Of a stretch of DNA of 64,000 nucleotides, positions 31,606 to 42,553 are shown piece after piece. Positions within the stretch are counted from its first letter, which is position 1. Every line of letters begins with the position of its first letter. The stretch spans positions 36,387-100,386 of the forward strand of contig JACKFN010000002.1 of assembly GCA_020632445.1 (NCBI GenBank). Direction: 5' to 3'. This stretch comes from Candidatus Nomurabacteria bacterium (GTDB taxonomy: Bacteria > Patescibacteriota > Patescibacteriia > Magasanikbacterales > UBA922). The position numbers and the translations under genes are program-made. The notes beneath the pieces were generated by a model. That model made no database searches, was not told the DNA's origin, and saw only the letters and a list, made by a program, of their open reading frames with translations.

Positions 31606-32193
31606 CTAAACCTCTTTATCCCTATCCACCCACCAGCTATCCTGCTTGTCACCATACCACCAATCGTCTGATGGAGTATCGAGGATAACCTGAACCAACT
31701 CTTTCCCAATAGCTGTCTTAATACGCGCGACAGACGGAGGAATCCAACTCTCTGCCCTTTTGTTGCCAATATCAACTTGCTCTTTGAGGGAAAGAACAAG
31801 TTCAATGTTGTCGGCGTCTTTGGCAAGTAAGGACTCGCGTGACTCACGAATTTTATATTCCTCAAGCGTATCATGCATATCTTGTCCAAAAGGAAGCGGA
31901 TCGGTGATGTCTTTATTTGCTTTATCCTCTAAACGTTCGTTATATTTTTGATGAACATAATTCAAATCCGAAATACGTGATTCTGAGAGGTCAGAAAACA
32001 AACACATTTTCATTACCTTTGCGACATCAACGGTTCCGTCAAGCATAGCAAGAGCATATCCAACATACACCAAACGATTGAGATGCTCAGCCACACTTTG
32101 CTGCCCACTCCCCAAAAAATGAAATCCACTTCTGGGTGTTTTTGCAAGTATTCCTACCTCAAATAAAAAATCAGCGACTTCTTTGTGTTTCAT
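31606..32193 (-). CDS. HD-domain phosphohydrolase (YfbR-like)
   Basis: H...HD...D metal-binding pattern (AEHLNRLVYVG...DLSESRISDLNY...DADNIE); start at MKHKEV just after trmD stop. Confidence 0.6.
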   Translation of the reverse strand: MKHKEVADFLFEVGILAKTPRSGFHFLGSGQQSVAEHLNRLVYVGYALAMLDGTVDVAKVMKMCLFSDLSESRISDLNYVHQKYNERLEDKANKDITDPLPFGQDMHDTLEEYKIRESRESLLAKDADNIELVLSLKEQVDIGNKRAESWIPPSVARIKTAIGKELVQVILDTPSDDWWYGDKQDSWWVDRDKEV

Positions 32194-32197
32194 GTTA

Positions 32198-32914
32198 TTA
32201 TTTCTTCGACTGCTTCTGTCTCCACTCCTGTATTTTTTTGTGATCACCAGAGAGTAAAACCTCAGGCACCTTCCAACCCTTAAAGTCCGCAGGTTTTGTA
32301 TACTGAGGATACTCGGATTCAACGCCATCTTCTTCTACCAGACTGTTGTGCGTTTCGTCTTTGAGCGACTCAGCATTGCCAAGCACTCCAGGCACCAACC
32401 GAGAAACTGCTTCGATAATGGTCATCGCACCAAGTTCTCCTCCGGCCAAAACATAAGGTCCAATGGAAATTTCTTCATCGACCATATGATCAATAACACG
32501 CTGATCAATACCCTCATAGCGGCCACAGACAATCGTAAGTTCATCGAGCTTACTCCATTGCCGCGCTATTTTTTGATCAAACTGTCTTCCACGTGGAGAC
32601 ATCAAAATCGTTCTCTTTTTCTTTCCAAGACTTCCATTAAAAACTTTTTTAACTTTGGTAAGTCCGTCAACCTTGGAAAATGGAATAGCATCAAGAGATT
32701 TGAGTGCATTATACAAAGGCTCTGCCTGAAGCACCATACCGGCTCCACCACCATAGGGTGTATCATCAACCTGTTTGTGTTTAGAATCAGAAAAATCCCG
32801 CAAATTTATCGGGTGCACCTCTATACTCTTGTTTTTTTGCCCTCTCCCTAAAATACTTTCGTCGCAATAATGTGCAACTAATTCAGGAAAAATCGTCACA
32901 ACTTGAAACTTCAT
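32198..32914 (-). CDS. trmD: tRNA (guanine37-N1)-methyltransferase
   Basis: MKFQVVTIFPEL...SPRG...GRYEGIDQRV SPOUT motifs. Confidence 0.9.
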   Translation of the reverse strand: MKFQVVTIFPELVAHYCDESILGRGQKNKSIEVHPINLRDFSDSKHKQVDDTPYGGGAGMVLQAEPLYNALKSLDAIPFSKVDGLTKVKKVFNGSLGKKKRTILMSPRGRQFDQKIARQWSKLDELTIVCGRYEGIDQRVIDHMVDEEISIGPYVLAGGELGAMTIIEAVSRLVPGVLGNAESLKDETHNSLVEEDGVESEYPQYTKPADFKGWKVPEVLLSGDHKKIQEWRQKQSKK

Positions 32915-33873
32915 AATTTTTCAAACATAAACTCCCCACGCTCAGTCTTTCCTGCACATTTTTTGTATGCCAAAAACTTAAAATTTCTCTCTTCAAAAAA
33001 ATTCCTCAGCCCTTGCGGATCATAGGCACGTATAGTCAATAGCTCGATAACATTTCCTGGCAAAAGCGTTACGGTGTGCTCATCAAATTCTATAACCGTT
33101 TTTGTATCGATCCGAAAACGAAAGGAAAATAAAAGCGCATTCAGATCCCCCTCTGCAGCCATGTTTAAAAAAAGTTCTCCACTGTCTAATGGCACTCCGA
33201 GTAGCTTAAGAGGGTGCAAAAGAAAGTCTCGAGTGACCTCATTATCAAACCAACTCAAATAATTTTCAAAAAACTTTCGATCTGCTTTGTCGGAGATTGA
33301 TTCACGCACAGCAACTTCAAGCCAAAGCTTGTCTCCCTTTTCGAGTAAATCGTAAAGCATATCTGCCATATACGATTGCTCTACGTTCCCAAAGGTCGAA
33401 CCCAAAAATGTAAAAATACGAATCTTTCCTTGTGTTACTGCGTGAATCCTTTTAATAAATTCATCTGACGAAAAATCAGCACAAATAAACTCACAACTGA
33501 CAGGACTTTCTTTGAGCGTTTCTTTTGCAATGCATATCATTTCTTCAGAAGAGTCCACACCAATAAATGAGACCTTATCCGAGTCACGCGATAATCTCTC
33601 GAGCATGACTTTTTCTTTTCGTGCATCAGCGCATCCCAAACTAATAATAACAAATTCATCTTTGGTGATATCAATGTTATCTTGCAAAAAACCATGATAC
33701 AGATCCTCCTGCTCCACAAATAAATCTGTTTTTGCGCCAGAAATCTTGAGATACAACTCGGCCCCTTCTCCAAAATAAAATGCTTTTTGCTTACATACTT
33801 TGTACTGTTGAAAGTGTTTATGGAATTCACTTTCCATTTCATCGTATGTAAAGAGTTTTATGACATCTCCCAT
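32911..33873 (-). CDS. EgtD-like SAM-dependent methyltransferase (Methyltransf_33-type)
   Basis: IISLGCADARKEKVMLERL...VSFIGVDSSEEM resembles histidine-N-alpha-methyltransferase family motif ELGSGsseKtrlLL...YvPiDiS. Confidence 0.45.
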   Translation of the reverse strand: MGDVIKLFTYDEMESEFHKHFQQYKVCKQKAFYFGEGAELYLKISGAKTDLFVEQEDLYHGFLQDNIDITKDEFVIISLGCADARKEKVMLERLSRDSDKVSFIGVDSSEEMICIAKETLKESPVSCEFICADFSSDEFIKRIHAVTQGKIRIFTFLGSTFGNVEQSYMADMLYDLLEKGDKLWLEVAVRESISDKADRKFFENYLSWFDNEVTRDFLLHPLKLLGVPLDSGELFLNMAAEGDLNALLFSFRFRIDTKTVIEFDEHTVTLLPGNVIELLTIRAYDPQGLRNFFEERNFKFLAYKKCAGKTERGEFMFEKL

Positions 33874-33876
33874 ATA

Positions 33877-34767
33877 TTAACCCTGAAAAGACGATATACC
33901 CAAACGGATATCCTCGTCTATAACCCCCCCACGAAGAAAATAAAATGAGGCTTCAAACCAATGCTTATTTCCTGCAACAGACAAAAAACGGATTAACCCT
34001 GATAGTGAATCCGTATTACAAATCTTTCTATATGTCTCCAAATCCGTAATCTTCCAAACAATACTCTTGGTATCGTTATATACCAAACCAAACATATCGT
34101 TATCAAAGTTATCAAAGGATTCATTCATAAGATGCTGCTTGAGCTCTGCTGGTGTGGTTAGTCCTCTTTCGTGCATGTAACTGGCAAGATCACGAGCAGC
34201 ATCAACCAAATTTGGATCAGATTCGTAGGAAAGAATTTTCCGAAGTGGAATATACACTGCTTGAGTTTCAAAAGCCATTCGAATTTGCTTGTTTTTTTTG
34301 AGGTGCTCAATGGTACTCAGGTTGTTTTCTCTGTCAGCAAGCTTAAGCAAGAGCACACGAACGTCTCTGACACCTGCCCACAAAAGCCGCTCTACTCTAT
34401 CTTCGATCTGAATTTCTGGCTTTCCAAAAAATGATTTACGCTGCTTGGTGACAGCATCTACCAAGAATCCAACTTCATCACCAAATGTATGATAAATCTC
34501 TTCCATGCAAACATTTGGGCAGTCTTCCACGGTATCATGCAGCAGTGCTGCCATAGCCAAATCCACATCATGATATTTTTGCAGAACTGATGCAGCAACA
34601 CCAAAAGGATGAACGATGTATGGTTCACCTGACTTCCTGTTTTGGCCCGCATGATGCTTGGTAGCATACTCGGCTGCACTATGGAGTCTTTGATCGTTTT
34701 CTCGTCCCAATACAGCAGCAGCCTGCCAAAAGAGATCTTCTTGCGTTGTTTTAGAATAGCTTTTCAT
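33877..34767 (-). CDS. HD-domain (p)ppGpp hydrolase, SpoT/Mesh1-like small alarmone hydrolase
   Basis: RelA/SpoT HD motifs: GEPYIVHP, LLHDTVED, LADRENN; no synthetase domain. Confidence 0.65.
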   Translation of the reverse strand: MKSYSKTTQEDLFWQAAAVLGRENDQRLHSAAEYATKHHAGQNRKSGEPYIVHPFGVAASVLQKYHDVDLAMAALLHDTVEDCPNVCMEEIYHTFGDEVGFLVDAVTKQRKSFFGKPEIQIEDRVERLLWAGVRDVRVLLLKLADRENNLSTIEHLKKNKQIRMAFETQAVYIPLRKILSYESDPNLVDAARDLASYMHERGLTTPAELKQHLMNESFDNFDNDMFGLVYNDTKSIVWKITDLETYRKICNTDSLSGLIRFLSVAGNKHWFEASFYFLRGGVIDEDIRLGISSFQG

Positions 34768-34801
34768 AGTATTATCTTAACACAACTTCCTTGTCTGTCA
34801 A

Positions 34802-34832
34802 GAAAAAAACAGCCCTGCAGGGCTGTTTTTTT
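34802..34832 (-). terminator. palindromic terminator after fusA
   Basis: aaaaaaacagccctgcagggctgttttttt. Confidence 0.65.
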
Positions 34833-34849
34833 CTTTATTTTTAGGAAAA

Positions 34850-36928
34850 TTACTTCTGCTTTCCAGCAATAATCTCCTGCTCGACATTCTTTGGACACTC
34901 AGCATAGTGTGAGAATTCCATAGAATATGATGCTCGTCCTTGAGTAAACGAACGAAGCGAGTTTACATATCCGAACATGGCTGCCAAAGGTACTTTGGCG
35001 CGAACCACCTTGGCTCCACCACGATCAGTCATCTCTTCAATCTGCCCACGACGTGAGCTAAGGTCTCCAACCACATCTCCCATGTATTCTTCTGGGGTGG
35101 TCACCTCTACCTTCATCATCGGTTCCATCAGTACTGGATCAGCTTTTTTGGCAGCAGCCACAAATGCCATGCTTCCGGCCATCTTGAAGGCAACTTCAGA
35201 AGAGTCGACTTCGTGGTAACTTCCATCATAACAAGTAACCTTTACGTCATCGATAGAATATCCAGCCACAATACCCTTATCCATAGCTTCCTTCACACCT
35301 TTTTGAATAGCTGGAAGATATTCTTTTGGAATAATACCACCCTTAATTTCATCAACAAAGCTGTATCCTTCTCCTTGCTCTGTTGGTTCAATACGAAGAT
35401 AACAATGACCAAACTGTCCACGTCCGCCAGATTGTTTGACGTACTTTCCTTCTGCCTCTGCTGACTTGCGAATCGCTTCGCGGTACGCAACCTGAGGAGC
35501 ACCGACTTTCGCTTCTACCCCGAACTCACGTTTCATACGGTCTACGATAATTTCGAGGTGAAGTTCTCCCATACCAGAGATAATGGTCTGGAGTGTCTCT
35601 TCGTCAGTCTTTACCTTAAATGATGGATCCTCTTCTGCCAATTTTTGAAGCGCCATACCCATCTTTTCTTGATCGGCTTTGGTATTTGGCTCAATAGCAA
35701 TATGGATAACTGGTTCAGGAAATTCGATAGACTCCAGAACCACTCTTCGTGATTCATCGCACAAGGTATTACCTGTGACTACTTCCTTAAGTCCAATACA
35801 TGCCGCAATATCTCCGGCTCCAACCTCTTGGATTTCTTCACGAGAATTTGCATGCAAACGCACCAAACGTCCAACACGTTCTTTCTTTCCATTGGTGCTG
35901 TTGAAGATGTAACTTCCTGCCTTAAGCTTACCAGAGTACACACGTACAAAGACAAGTTTTCCAACATATGGATCCGTTGCAAGCTTGAACGCAAGCGCGG
36001 CAAGCGGTTCACTGTCTTCTGGCTTTACCATGATTTTCTTTTCAGCATCATCAACGTCAGTTCCTTCAATCGCACCAATATCAATTGGACTTGGAAGGTA
36101 ATCAATAACGGCGTCAAGCATCTTTTGAACACCGATATTGGCAAGTGCAGAACCACAGAGTACTGGGTAAATTTCATTTTTGAGTACCATCTTTCGGATA
36201 CCTGCCTTAATTTGATCGACAGAAAGATCTCCAGCTTCAAGATAGGCATTCATGAAATCTTCATCAGCCTCAGCAACTTTTTCTACGAGCTTTGATCGAT
36301 ACTGTTCTACCTTATCTGCCATATCAGCAGGAATTTCCATTTCTACAACGTCCATTCCCATGTTTCCCTCGAACTTGTATGCTTTTCTTTGAATCAAATC
36401 AACCACACCAGAAAGTTCTGATTCAGCGCCGATTGGAAGCTGAATAGCAAAAGCATTCTTTGAGAGACGGTTGATAATAGAATCCAGACTCATGTAAAAG
36501 TCAGCTCCAATCTTATCCATTTTATTTACAAAACAGATACGTGGAACTCCGTACTTATCTGCTTGACGCCATACGGTTTCTGACTGGGGCTCTACTCCTT
36601 GTGATCCATCAAACACCGCGCAGGCACCATCAAGAACACGAAGTGAACGTTCTACTTCTACCGTAAAGTCCACGTGACCTGGAGTATCGATAATGTTTAC
36701 ACGGTGATCCTGCCAAAAACAAGTAGTTGCCGCAGATGTGATGGTGATACCACGTTCTTGTTCTTGTTCCATCCAGTCCATTTCTGCAGCACCATCATGC
36801 ACCTCACCAATTTTGTGCTTCTTTCCGGTGTAGAAAAGGACACGTTCTGTTGTTGTCGTTTTACCAGCATCAATGTGAGCCATGATACCGATATTACGTG
36901 TTCGGTCTAAAGGATATTCTCGAGACAT
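34850..36928 (-). CDS. fusA: elongation factor G
   Basis: 692 aa, G-domain [17 protein letters not shown]. Confidence 0.97.
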   Translation of the reverse strand: MSREYPLDRTRNIGIMAHIDAGKTTTTERVLFYTGKKHKIGEVHDGAAEMDWMEQEQERGITITSAATTCFWQDHRVNIIDTPGHVDFTVEVERSLRVLDGACAVFDGSQGVEPQSETVWRQADKYGVPRICFVNKMDKIGADFYMSLDSIINRLSKNAFAIQLPIGAESELSGVVDLIQRKAYKFEGNMGMDVVEMEIPADMADKVEQYRSKLVEKVAEADEDFMNAYLEAGDLSVDQIKAGIRKMVLKNEIYPVLCGSALANIGVQKMLDAVIDYLPSPIDIGAIEGTDVDDAEKKIMVKPEDSEPLAALAFKLATDPYVGKLVFVRVYSGKLKAGSYIFNSTNGKKERVGRLVRLHANSREEIQEVGAGDIAACIGLKEVVTGNTLCDESRRVVLESIEFPEPVIHIAIEPNTKADQEKMGMALQKLAEEDPSFKVKTDEETLQTIISGMGELHLEIIVDRMKREFGVEAKVGAPQVAYREAIRKSAEAEGKYVKQSGGRGQFGHCYLRIEPTEQGEGYSFVDEIKGGIIPKEYLPAIQKGVKEAMDKGIVAGYSIDDVKVTCYDGSYHEVDSSEVAFKMAGSMAFVAAAKKADPVLMEPMMKVEVTTPEEYMGDVVGDLSSRRGQIEEMTDRGGAKVVRAKVPLAAMFGYVNSLRSFTQGRASYSMEFSHYAECPKNVEQEIIAGKQK

Positions 36929-36973
36929 AATATTTGTTTAGGTTCCGCCTCAGGCGGATAGAGAAGTAAAAAA

Positions 36974-37447
36974 TTATCTGCGAGCAAAGTGAGCAAACGC
37001 GCGGTTTGCTTCAGCCATGCGAAGCGTGTCTTCTTTCTTCTTGAGTGAACCAGCGGTTCCTTCAATAATTTCCACAAACTCCTGTGCAAGACGCTCCTTC
37101 ATTGATCTTCCTTTCTTTGCGCGAGCAGCTGCGATGATCCATCTGAATGCAAGGGCATTTTGTCTTTCACCTGACACTGGCATCGGTACTTGGTAGTTGG
37201 CACCACCAACACGACGTGAACGAACTTCAACCTGTGGTCGAACCTTATCAATCACTTCGTCAAATCCTTTTACTCCTTCTTTTCCGGTTTTTTCTTTGAG
37301 AATATCAAGTGCTCCGTAAACGATTTCCTGTGCAACAGTCTTTTTTCCGCTCAACATGAGATAGTTGATGAACTTGGCAAGAAGCTCACTGCCATACACT
37401 GGATCTGGTTTTACGATGCGTTTTGGAATTGCTTTTCCTCTAGGCAT
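36974..37447 (-). CDS. rpsG: ribosomal protein S7
   Basis: 157 aa S7. Confidence 0.95.
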   Translation of the reverse strand: MPRGKAIPKRIVKPDPVYGSELLAKFINYLMLSGKKTVAQEIVYGALDILKEKTGKEGVKGFDEVIDKVRPQVEVRSRRVGGANYQVPMPVSGERQNALAFRWIIAAARAKKGRSMKERLAQEFVEIIEGTAGSLKKKEDTLRMAEANRAFAHFARR

Positions 37448-37471
37448 ATGTTTTCTTTAATTTCAAATCGT

Positions 37472-37891
37472 TTATTTCTTTGGCTTCTTGGTACCATATT
37501 TGGAACGGCTGCGGTTTCGACCATCGACACCTTGGGTGTCATAAACTCCGCGCACTACGGTGTAACGTACACCAGAAAGGTCCTTTACCTTTCCTCCACG
37601 AACAAGCACAATTGAGTGCTCCTGGAGGTTGTGACCTTCACCTGGAATGTAGGCAATAATTTCACTTCCATTGGAAAGACGAACACGAGCCACCTTTCTC
37701 ATCGCTGAGTTCGGCTTACGTGGGGTTGTGGTGTATACCTTTACACATACTCCACGTTTAAATGGAGAACCCTTTTTAAGGGTGGTTTTCTTGCGGTGAA
37801 GTGAGTCATAGTTGAACTGCAATGCAGGTCGTTGTGACTTACTTACCTTTTTTTTGCGTCCTTTACGCAAAATCTGGTTAATCGTTGGCAT
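37472..37891 (-). CDS. rpsL: ribosomal protein S12
   Basis: [14 protein letters not shown]...PKKPNSA. Confidence 0.95.
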   Translation of the reverse strand: MPTINQILRKGRKKKVSKSQRPALQFNYDSLHRKKTTLKKGSPFKRGVCVKVYTTTPRKPNSAMRKVARVRLSNGSEIIAYIPGEGHNLQEHSIVLVRGGKVKDLSGVRYTVVRGVYDTQGVDGRNRSRSKYGTKKPKK

Positions 37892-38041
37892 AATGATGCT
37901 GTTTTATACGACTATTGAATAAAAAATACCCATTTTGGGTACGCTTTTATGCTTATTCTCGCCAAAAATGGCGCAGGAATATGATAAGCGTATCCTTCTC
38001 CCTAGTCTCCTAGGAATACTTCGCTTGAGTAAGTTGGCATG

Positions 38042-38070
38042 AGTATACAAAATGTGTTCAAATTTGTCAA
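38042..38070 (-). promoter_or_regulatory. str-operon promoter TTGACA-17nt-TATACT
   Basis: minus strand ttgaca aatttgaacacattttg tatact, ~145-nt leader to rpsL. Confidence 0.7.
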
Positions 38071-38176
38071 GGGATTCATGAAGACGTACAAACATTCAAT
38101 CATGTAAACAAAATCGAATAACACTTCCTTCCAAATCTTCCACCGCGGCGAACATTTGATCTTGGATTTTATAAAC

Positions 38177-38205
38177 GAAAAAGCAGCCGTTAAAGGCTGC
38201 TTTTT
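38177..38205 (-). terminator. terminator after M50 protease gene
   Basis: aaaaagcagcc-gttaaa-ggctgcttttt. Confidence 0.6.
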
Positions 38206-38220
38206 GTTTTTGACTTTCAA

Positions 38221-38922
38221 TTACATCCCAATAAACAACTTGGTAAAAAATGCCATGATCGGCCAAAGTATGTGCGAAAAGAAAAGAATAAATGCAATCA
38301 GAAGCATAAATCCATATCGCTCCAAAGCAACCCGAAATTTATACGCACTATCGGGCAAAATAGCATACAAAAGCTTTGAGCCATCAAGTGGTGGGATGGG
38401 CACCAAATTAAAAACAAAAAGCATCACATTTGCCTGCACAATAATTGCCAGAAAAGGAAAAAGAGCAGCAAACTGCGTCAAATCATACGCAACAATTGCT
38501 CGCATCGCCAGACCAAAAACCAAGGCAAGCATAAAGTTGGCAAATGGACCGGCAAAAGCGACTATGGCCGGTCCTTTCTTTTGGTCTTTGAGATTATATG
38601 GGTTATAGGGAACGGGCTTGGCATAGGCAAAAAGCAGTCCAGTTCCTGAAAACAACAATAAAGCCGGCAAGATAATAGACCCCACAGGATCGATATGAAC
38701 CTTTGGATTGAGGCTGAGCCTGCCGGCATATTTTGCCGTTGGGTCTCCAAGCTCATTGGCTGCCCAACCGTGCATGTACTCGTGCAAGATAGCCGAGGCG
38801 ATGATCACAATGAGGAAAAAAATCCCTTCTATAGTAAATCCAGACATAGTCTTGACAAAAATTCTTAGCTCTGATATACTCTGAGCACTTTCAAATATGG
38901 TAAGTATAGCGAAAAAGCCCAC
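38221..38922 (-). CDS. site-2 protease family (peptidase M50) membrane metalloprotease
   Basis: HEYMHGWAANELGD (HExxH in TM helix), multi-TM. Confidence 0.7.
   Translation of the reverse strand: MGFFAILTIFESAQSISELRIFVKTMSGFTIEGIFFLIVIIASAILHEYMHGWAANELGDPTAKYAGRLSLNPKVHIDPVGSIILPALLLFSGTGLLFAYAKPVPYNPYNLKDQKKGPAIVAFAGPFANFMLALVFGLAMRAIVAYDLTQFAALFPFLAIIVQANVMLFVFNLVPIPPLDGSKLLYAILPDSAYKFRVALERYGFMLLIAFILFFSHILWPIMAFFTKLFIGM
38852..38880 (+). promoter_or_regulatory. promoter TTGACA-17nt-TATACT for rpmB
   Basis: ttgaca aaaattcttagctctga tatact; ~95-nt leader containing 7-bp inverted repeat TATCCGC...GCGGATA. Confidence 0.65.
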
Positions 38923-38982
38923 TTACTTCAAGTATATCCGCCCAAGGCGGATCCGTCTACGCGGATAACTCTACAAACAAAT

Positions 38983-39150
38983 ATGTCTCGAGTATGTGAC
39001 ACCTGCGGTCGCGGTCCACGAAAAGCAGCATCTCGAAGTCACTCAATGATCAAAACGCTCAAAGTGGCTCGTATCAACCTCCAAAAAAAGGATGGAAAAA
39101 AGATGTGTACCAAGTGCATCAAGACTGAAACCAAAAAACAAGCAGCATAA
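38983..39150 (+). CDS. rpmB: ribosomal protein L28 (zinc-ribbon form)
   Basis: Not in ORF track (<60 aa): MSRVCDTCGRGPRKAASRSHSMIKTLKVARINLQKKDGKKMCTKCIKTETKKQAA; L28 N-terminal MSRVC..G and two CxxC pairs. Confidence 0.85.
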   Translation: MSRVCDTCGRGPRKAASRSHSMIKTLKVARINLQKKDGKKMCTKCIKTETKKQAA

Positions 39151-39173
39151 AACCGGCAATGAGCCGGTTTTAT
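39148..39173 (+). terminator. rho-independent terminator after rpmB
   Basis: aaaaccggc-aatga-gccggttttatt. Confidence 0.7.
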
Positions 39174-39187
39174 TGTTCACAAAAACC

Positions 39188-39964
39188 CTAAACCTTACAA
39201 GCTTCTCCAATTTCCAATCCAAGTTTTTTTGCGGCGCTCCCTCCTTGGAGTACCACCTCCAGAAATCTTTTTTCTCCTATGCCTGAACTTCCCTGCACCA
39301 CTGCCAACTGATTATCAGGCACATCTTTGAGGCTTTCAAAAAAAGGAAGTACTGTGTTTTTGAGAGAAAATTCATGAAAATTGTCGTGAGCCCACAATGT
39401 TGTTTTCACATTTCCAAAATTGTCGATGTGCCAAACACAAGGCTCCAAATTTTCAAGATACCTCAAATTATACTCCTCATACGGGACTTTCTTTCCATCA
39501 AATATCCACTTGGCGACGAAAGGAAGATACTCAAAGCTTCGAAACTGGGTATTGACAATTTGTTTGATACGCAAACTCCTCAAATTCACCGCTTCTTTTA
39601 CGGACTCAAGTACCTGCGGTATATGCACCAGCCTTACCTCTGAAACAATGCCCAGTTGCTTAACGAGCGAAAGCGTCACACCATCAACGGTTGATACCAC
39701 CAAGGTATCTTGATAAAAGAAATATCCAAACGGAGTTCCATTCTCCCATTTTTTTGCTTTTCCATTTCTCGGGGCTACGTTCACGAGCACCACTCCCTTT
39801 TTCCCTTCACTCGCATCCAAAACATCAACAAGGTTGCCGGCAGCCTCGATATCACTTTTGACACCACAAAAATTTACGGCGCAATCAAACAAACTTGCAG
39901 CACGAGTCGTTTGCCGCGCTTTGGCGTTTTCACACTGACAGTCATTAATAATAGTTACAAACAT
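39188..39964 (-). CDS. SAM hydroxide adenosyltransferase-family (DUF62, fluorinase/chlorinase-like) protein
   Basis: VNVAPRNG (cf. APNNG) and IDNFGNVKTTL (cf. DHPFGNVWTNI) match DUF62 signatures; N-terminal motifs degenerate. Confidence 0.5.
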   Translation of the reverse strand: MFVTIINDCQCENAKARQTTRAASLFDCAVNFCGVKSDIEAAGNLVDVLDASEGKKGVVLVNVAPRNGKAKKWENGTPFGYFFYQDTLVVSTVDGVTLSLVKQLGIVSEVRLVHIPQVLESVKEAVNLRSLRIKQIVNTQFRSFEYLPFVAKWIFDGKKVPYEEYNLRYLENLEPCVWHIDNFGNVKTTLWAHDNFHEFSLKNTVLPFFESLKDVPDNQLAVVQGSSGIGEKRFLEVVLQGGSAAKKLGLEIGEACKV

Positions 39965-40112
39965 ATTTTTTTGTATTCAAGAATAAAAAACGGCCTTCCT
40001 CAGAAGGCCGCAGATTTTTATACACAATGTTTATATACACAAAACTATGGCCTTCCGGATCTGGGTCATCATCGCCATCATCATGTTTTGTGCTTTCTTG
40101 AAAATCATATCA

Positions 40113-41048
40113 CTATTTATTTCGGTGCAAAACCTTTTGTCCAAGACGCGGGGGACGAACATTGACAGGGTTCGCCGTTGCTTCCACACACTCGCTACTA
40201 CAAGCATTATACAATGCCTCATTACACCCGTCACAGGCCAAGAACAGTCGATTACAAAATTTATTGGCACAGTTTCTATGTACATCTGATTCAACTTCAC
40301 AGTGCCGACAGTTCCCAATAGTCAGTGCACTAGTACTGTCATTTATTCCAACAGCCATTCTATCGTCAAAAACAAAGCACTTTCCTTCATAGAAACCGTC
40401 GTTTCCATACTTTTCGGCATACTTTACAATTCCCCCTTCAAGTTGATACAAATTACTTCTATCAAATCCCGCGGCAATAAACATGGCACTAGCAGGCTCA
40501 CAGCGAATTCCACCTGTACAAAACATTACGATCTTTTTTCCTTTAAACTGATCATAATAATCCATGTTGTCTTTGAGCTCACGAAAATACTTCATTGGCG
40601 GCTTTACACTCCCCACAAAACGACCGATATCCCATTCATAGTCATTTCGCATGTCCAAAAGGACGATTTCTTCTCCGTTTTCAAACCATTTATGAAGTGT
40701 ATCTCTACTGATATGTTGTCCACGACTCCAAATATTAAAGTTTTCAATATCTCCTGTGGTAATAATTTCCTTTCTTGCCTTAATGCTCATCTTTGGAAAA
40801 GGCATAAATTCACTGGTGCTTTCTTTCCAGTCAATGTCATTAAACTTTCTGTGGCTATCCATATAACTGCGGTACATGGCAATCTGCTCTTTGGTGCCAG
40901 CAACCGTTCCATTGATTCCATACTCAGAAATCAAAATTCGCCCTTTGAGCTGGAGGGCCTTACAAACTTCCCGGTGGCGCTTGACTATCGCTTCGGGATG
41001 CTTTATTTTTACAATTTTGTAATAGAGGAGTACGTGAAACATATACAA
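40113..41048 (-). CDS. trhO: tRNA uridine(34) hydroxylase, rhodanese-domain (YceA/TrhO family)
   Basis: 311 aa UPF0176 architecture, rhodanese CTGGIRCE active-site loop, C-terminal Cys-rich tail. Confidence 0.7.
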   Translation of the reverse strand: MYMFHVLLYYKIVKIKHPEAIVKRHREVCKALQLKGRILISEYGINGTVAGTKEQIAMYRSYMDSHRKFNDIDWKESTSEFMPFPKMSIKARKEIITTGDIENFNIWSRGQHISRDTLHKWFENGEEIVLLDMRNDYEWDIGRFVGSVKPPMKYFRELKDNMDYYDQFKGKKIVMFCTGGIRCEPASAMFIAAGFDRSNLYQLEGGIVKYAEKYGNDGFYEGKCFVFDDRMAVGINDSTSALTIGNCRHCEVESDVHRNCANKFCNRLFLACDGCNEALYNACSSECVEATANPVNVRPPRLGQKVLHRNK

Positions 41049-41088
41049 TGTTTAGTGGATGTAGTTATACCACGGCTCACGGGAAAAA

Positions 41089-41400
41089 TCAAGCCTTCAT
41101 AGTGCCTATAACCTGCCTAACTCTTTCCCCTTCAGTCATCACCACTTCGCTGTCGTACTCACCGCTGTGCATGTTGCAACCTTTGTAGCTTGCCTGTTTT
41201 TGATCCAAATGAAGGTTTACTACAAAACCATCATCTCGATCATCTATGTAGACATGAAAACGTGGATAAAACCTCCCTGGCTGCAGACGTCGGACATAAC
41301 TCACCTTTCTCGTACGAGGATCAATAAACTCTGCGTACCCGGCACGACGCATCAATTGTCGTGGAATCATTTGAAACTGTCCCTGAAATTGCATCCTCAT
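41089..41400 (-). CDS. hypothetical protein (103 aa)
   Basis: ORF overlapping upstream gene by ATGA; no recognisable family. Confidence 0.35.
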   Translation of the reverse strand: MRMQFQGQFQMIPRQLMRRAGYAEFIDPRTRKVSYVRRLQPGRFYPRFHVYIDDRDDGFVVNLHLDQKQASYKGCNMHSGEYDSEVVMTEGERVRQVIGTMKA

Positions 41401-41969
41401 AATTCTTTGGATGAACCACGCTTGAGCATCTGATCCAAAAGAATATACTCTCCCTGTGACAGCGGTGCCAAAGCAATGGTTATCTGAACATCGGAAAAAT
41501 CAATGTTTTCTCCTGTGTGCGCGGCAAGCGCAATAGCTGCAGCCCGGTGATGACCATCAATACAGACGATGTTACCATCTTCTCTTTCAAGCCCAATGAG
41601 CTCAGTAGAAAATGGGAGCCCTTTGTAGATTTTCCCTATGGCACTTTCCGGATTACTTGGATCAACTTTCATTTCAGGAGTATACAGGTCAGCAAAGGTT
41701 GCAACGTTCTTTTGATCGAACTTATCTTGCCATCCTGTATACGGACCAAGCAGCATCTGTGGAATTTCTTCCATTGGATTTTCAAACTGAAACATCTTCC
41801 ATTTCCTTTGGTCAGCATGAAAAAGGGAAGCCGAAAATTCCCTCCAAGAGTACCAATCCGGCCAACCTTTGACCTGCGTAGCACAATTCACCCAGTCAGG
41901 GTTGGATGCTTCACGTTTTGCCCAGCCTTCAAAGACTTTGGACCAGGTTGTTTCTTGTAGAAATTTCAT
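41397..41969 (-). CDS. ParB/Srx-fold (DGHHR motif) domain protein
   Basis: C-terminal half IVCIDGHHRAAAIALA resembles ParB-like nuclease/DUF262 DGQQR-type motif. Confidence 0.45.
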   Translation of the reverse strand: MKFLQETTWSKVFEGWAKREASNPDWVNCATQVKGWPDWYSWREFSASLFHADQRKWKMFQFENPMEEIPQMLLGPYTGWQDKFDQKNVATFADLYTPEMKVDPSNPESAIGKIYKGLPFSTELIGLEREDGNIVCIDGHHRAAAIALAAHTGENIDFSDVQITIALAPLSQGEYILLDQMLKRGSSKEL

Positions 41970-41980
41970 ACCAATTTGTT

Positions 41981-42550
41981 TTATGTATACCTTTGTGGAG
42001 GATTCTCAAAAGTAATCTCAGAAGTTTGATTATTAATAACATCTTTCGGTATCCCTAATTCCTTCTCATATACTACATCGACTCCGCCGAAGATAGCCTG
42101 AGAATAGTCGAGGCCAAGCTGCTTTGCGCAAACTCTAATAGCGCTCTCGCTTTTTCCTTCTATTTCTATAAAAGGCTGCAACCCTGGCCAAGTGTCGATC
42201 TCCACTCTTACATCGCCACACTGCCATGACTCACGTTTAGTTTCCTGATATGCTTTTTGGGTTGCCCCAATGGACTTCATAAAATCAACTCCAGCATCAA
42301 AATCATCTATGATAAGCTCCACTTCTTTTTGGTCATCAACCTTGCTTCCGGTTACTTGCTTGAGACTCATGGTTATTTTATCACTTTCATCGCGAACACG
42401 CATCCAACCACCTGGAACACTTTCTGGAGCAGAAAATACCACTCGCTTCATGAGTGTCTCCGGCTTTAGCAAAACAGCTTGCTTTTTAAGCCGATCACGA
42501 AATGCATCGATATCTTGACCCAGAAAAGTTGCCTCAAATTCAATCTTCAT
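41981..42550 (-). CDS. CYTH-domain triphosphate tunnel metalloenzyme (class IV adenylyl cyclase/thiamine triphosphatase-like)
   Basis: MKIEFEATF (ExExK-like start), VRVRDE...ITMSLK, VRVEIDTWPGLQPFIEIE match CYTH beta-barrel motifs. Confidence 0.6.
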   Translation of the reverse strand: MKIEFEATFLGQDIDAFRDRLKKQAVLLKPETLMKRVVFSAPESVPGGWMRVRDESDKITMSLKQVTGSKVDDQKEVELIIDDFDAGVDFMKSIGATQKAYQETKRESWQCGDVRVEIDTWPGLQPFIEIEGKSESAIRVCAKQLGLDYSQAIFGGVDVVYEKELGIPKDVINNQTSEITFENPPQRYT

Positions 42551-42553
42551 ACA

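Noticed and set aside
37904-38095. 63-aa minus-strand ORF upstream of rpsL
   Set aside because: It overlaps the str promoter and leader and has no coding features.
39092-39286. 64-aa plus-strand ORF from the track
   Set aside because: Wrong frame. The real gene here is the 55-aa L28 (38983..39150) followed by its terminator.
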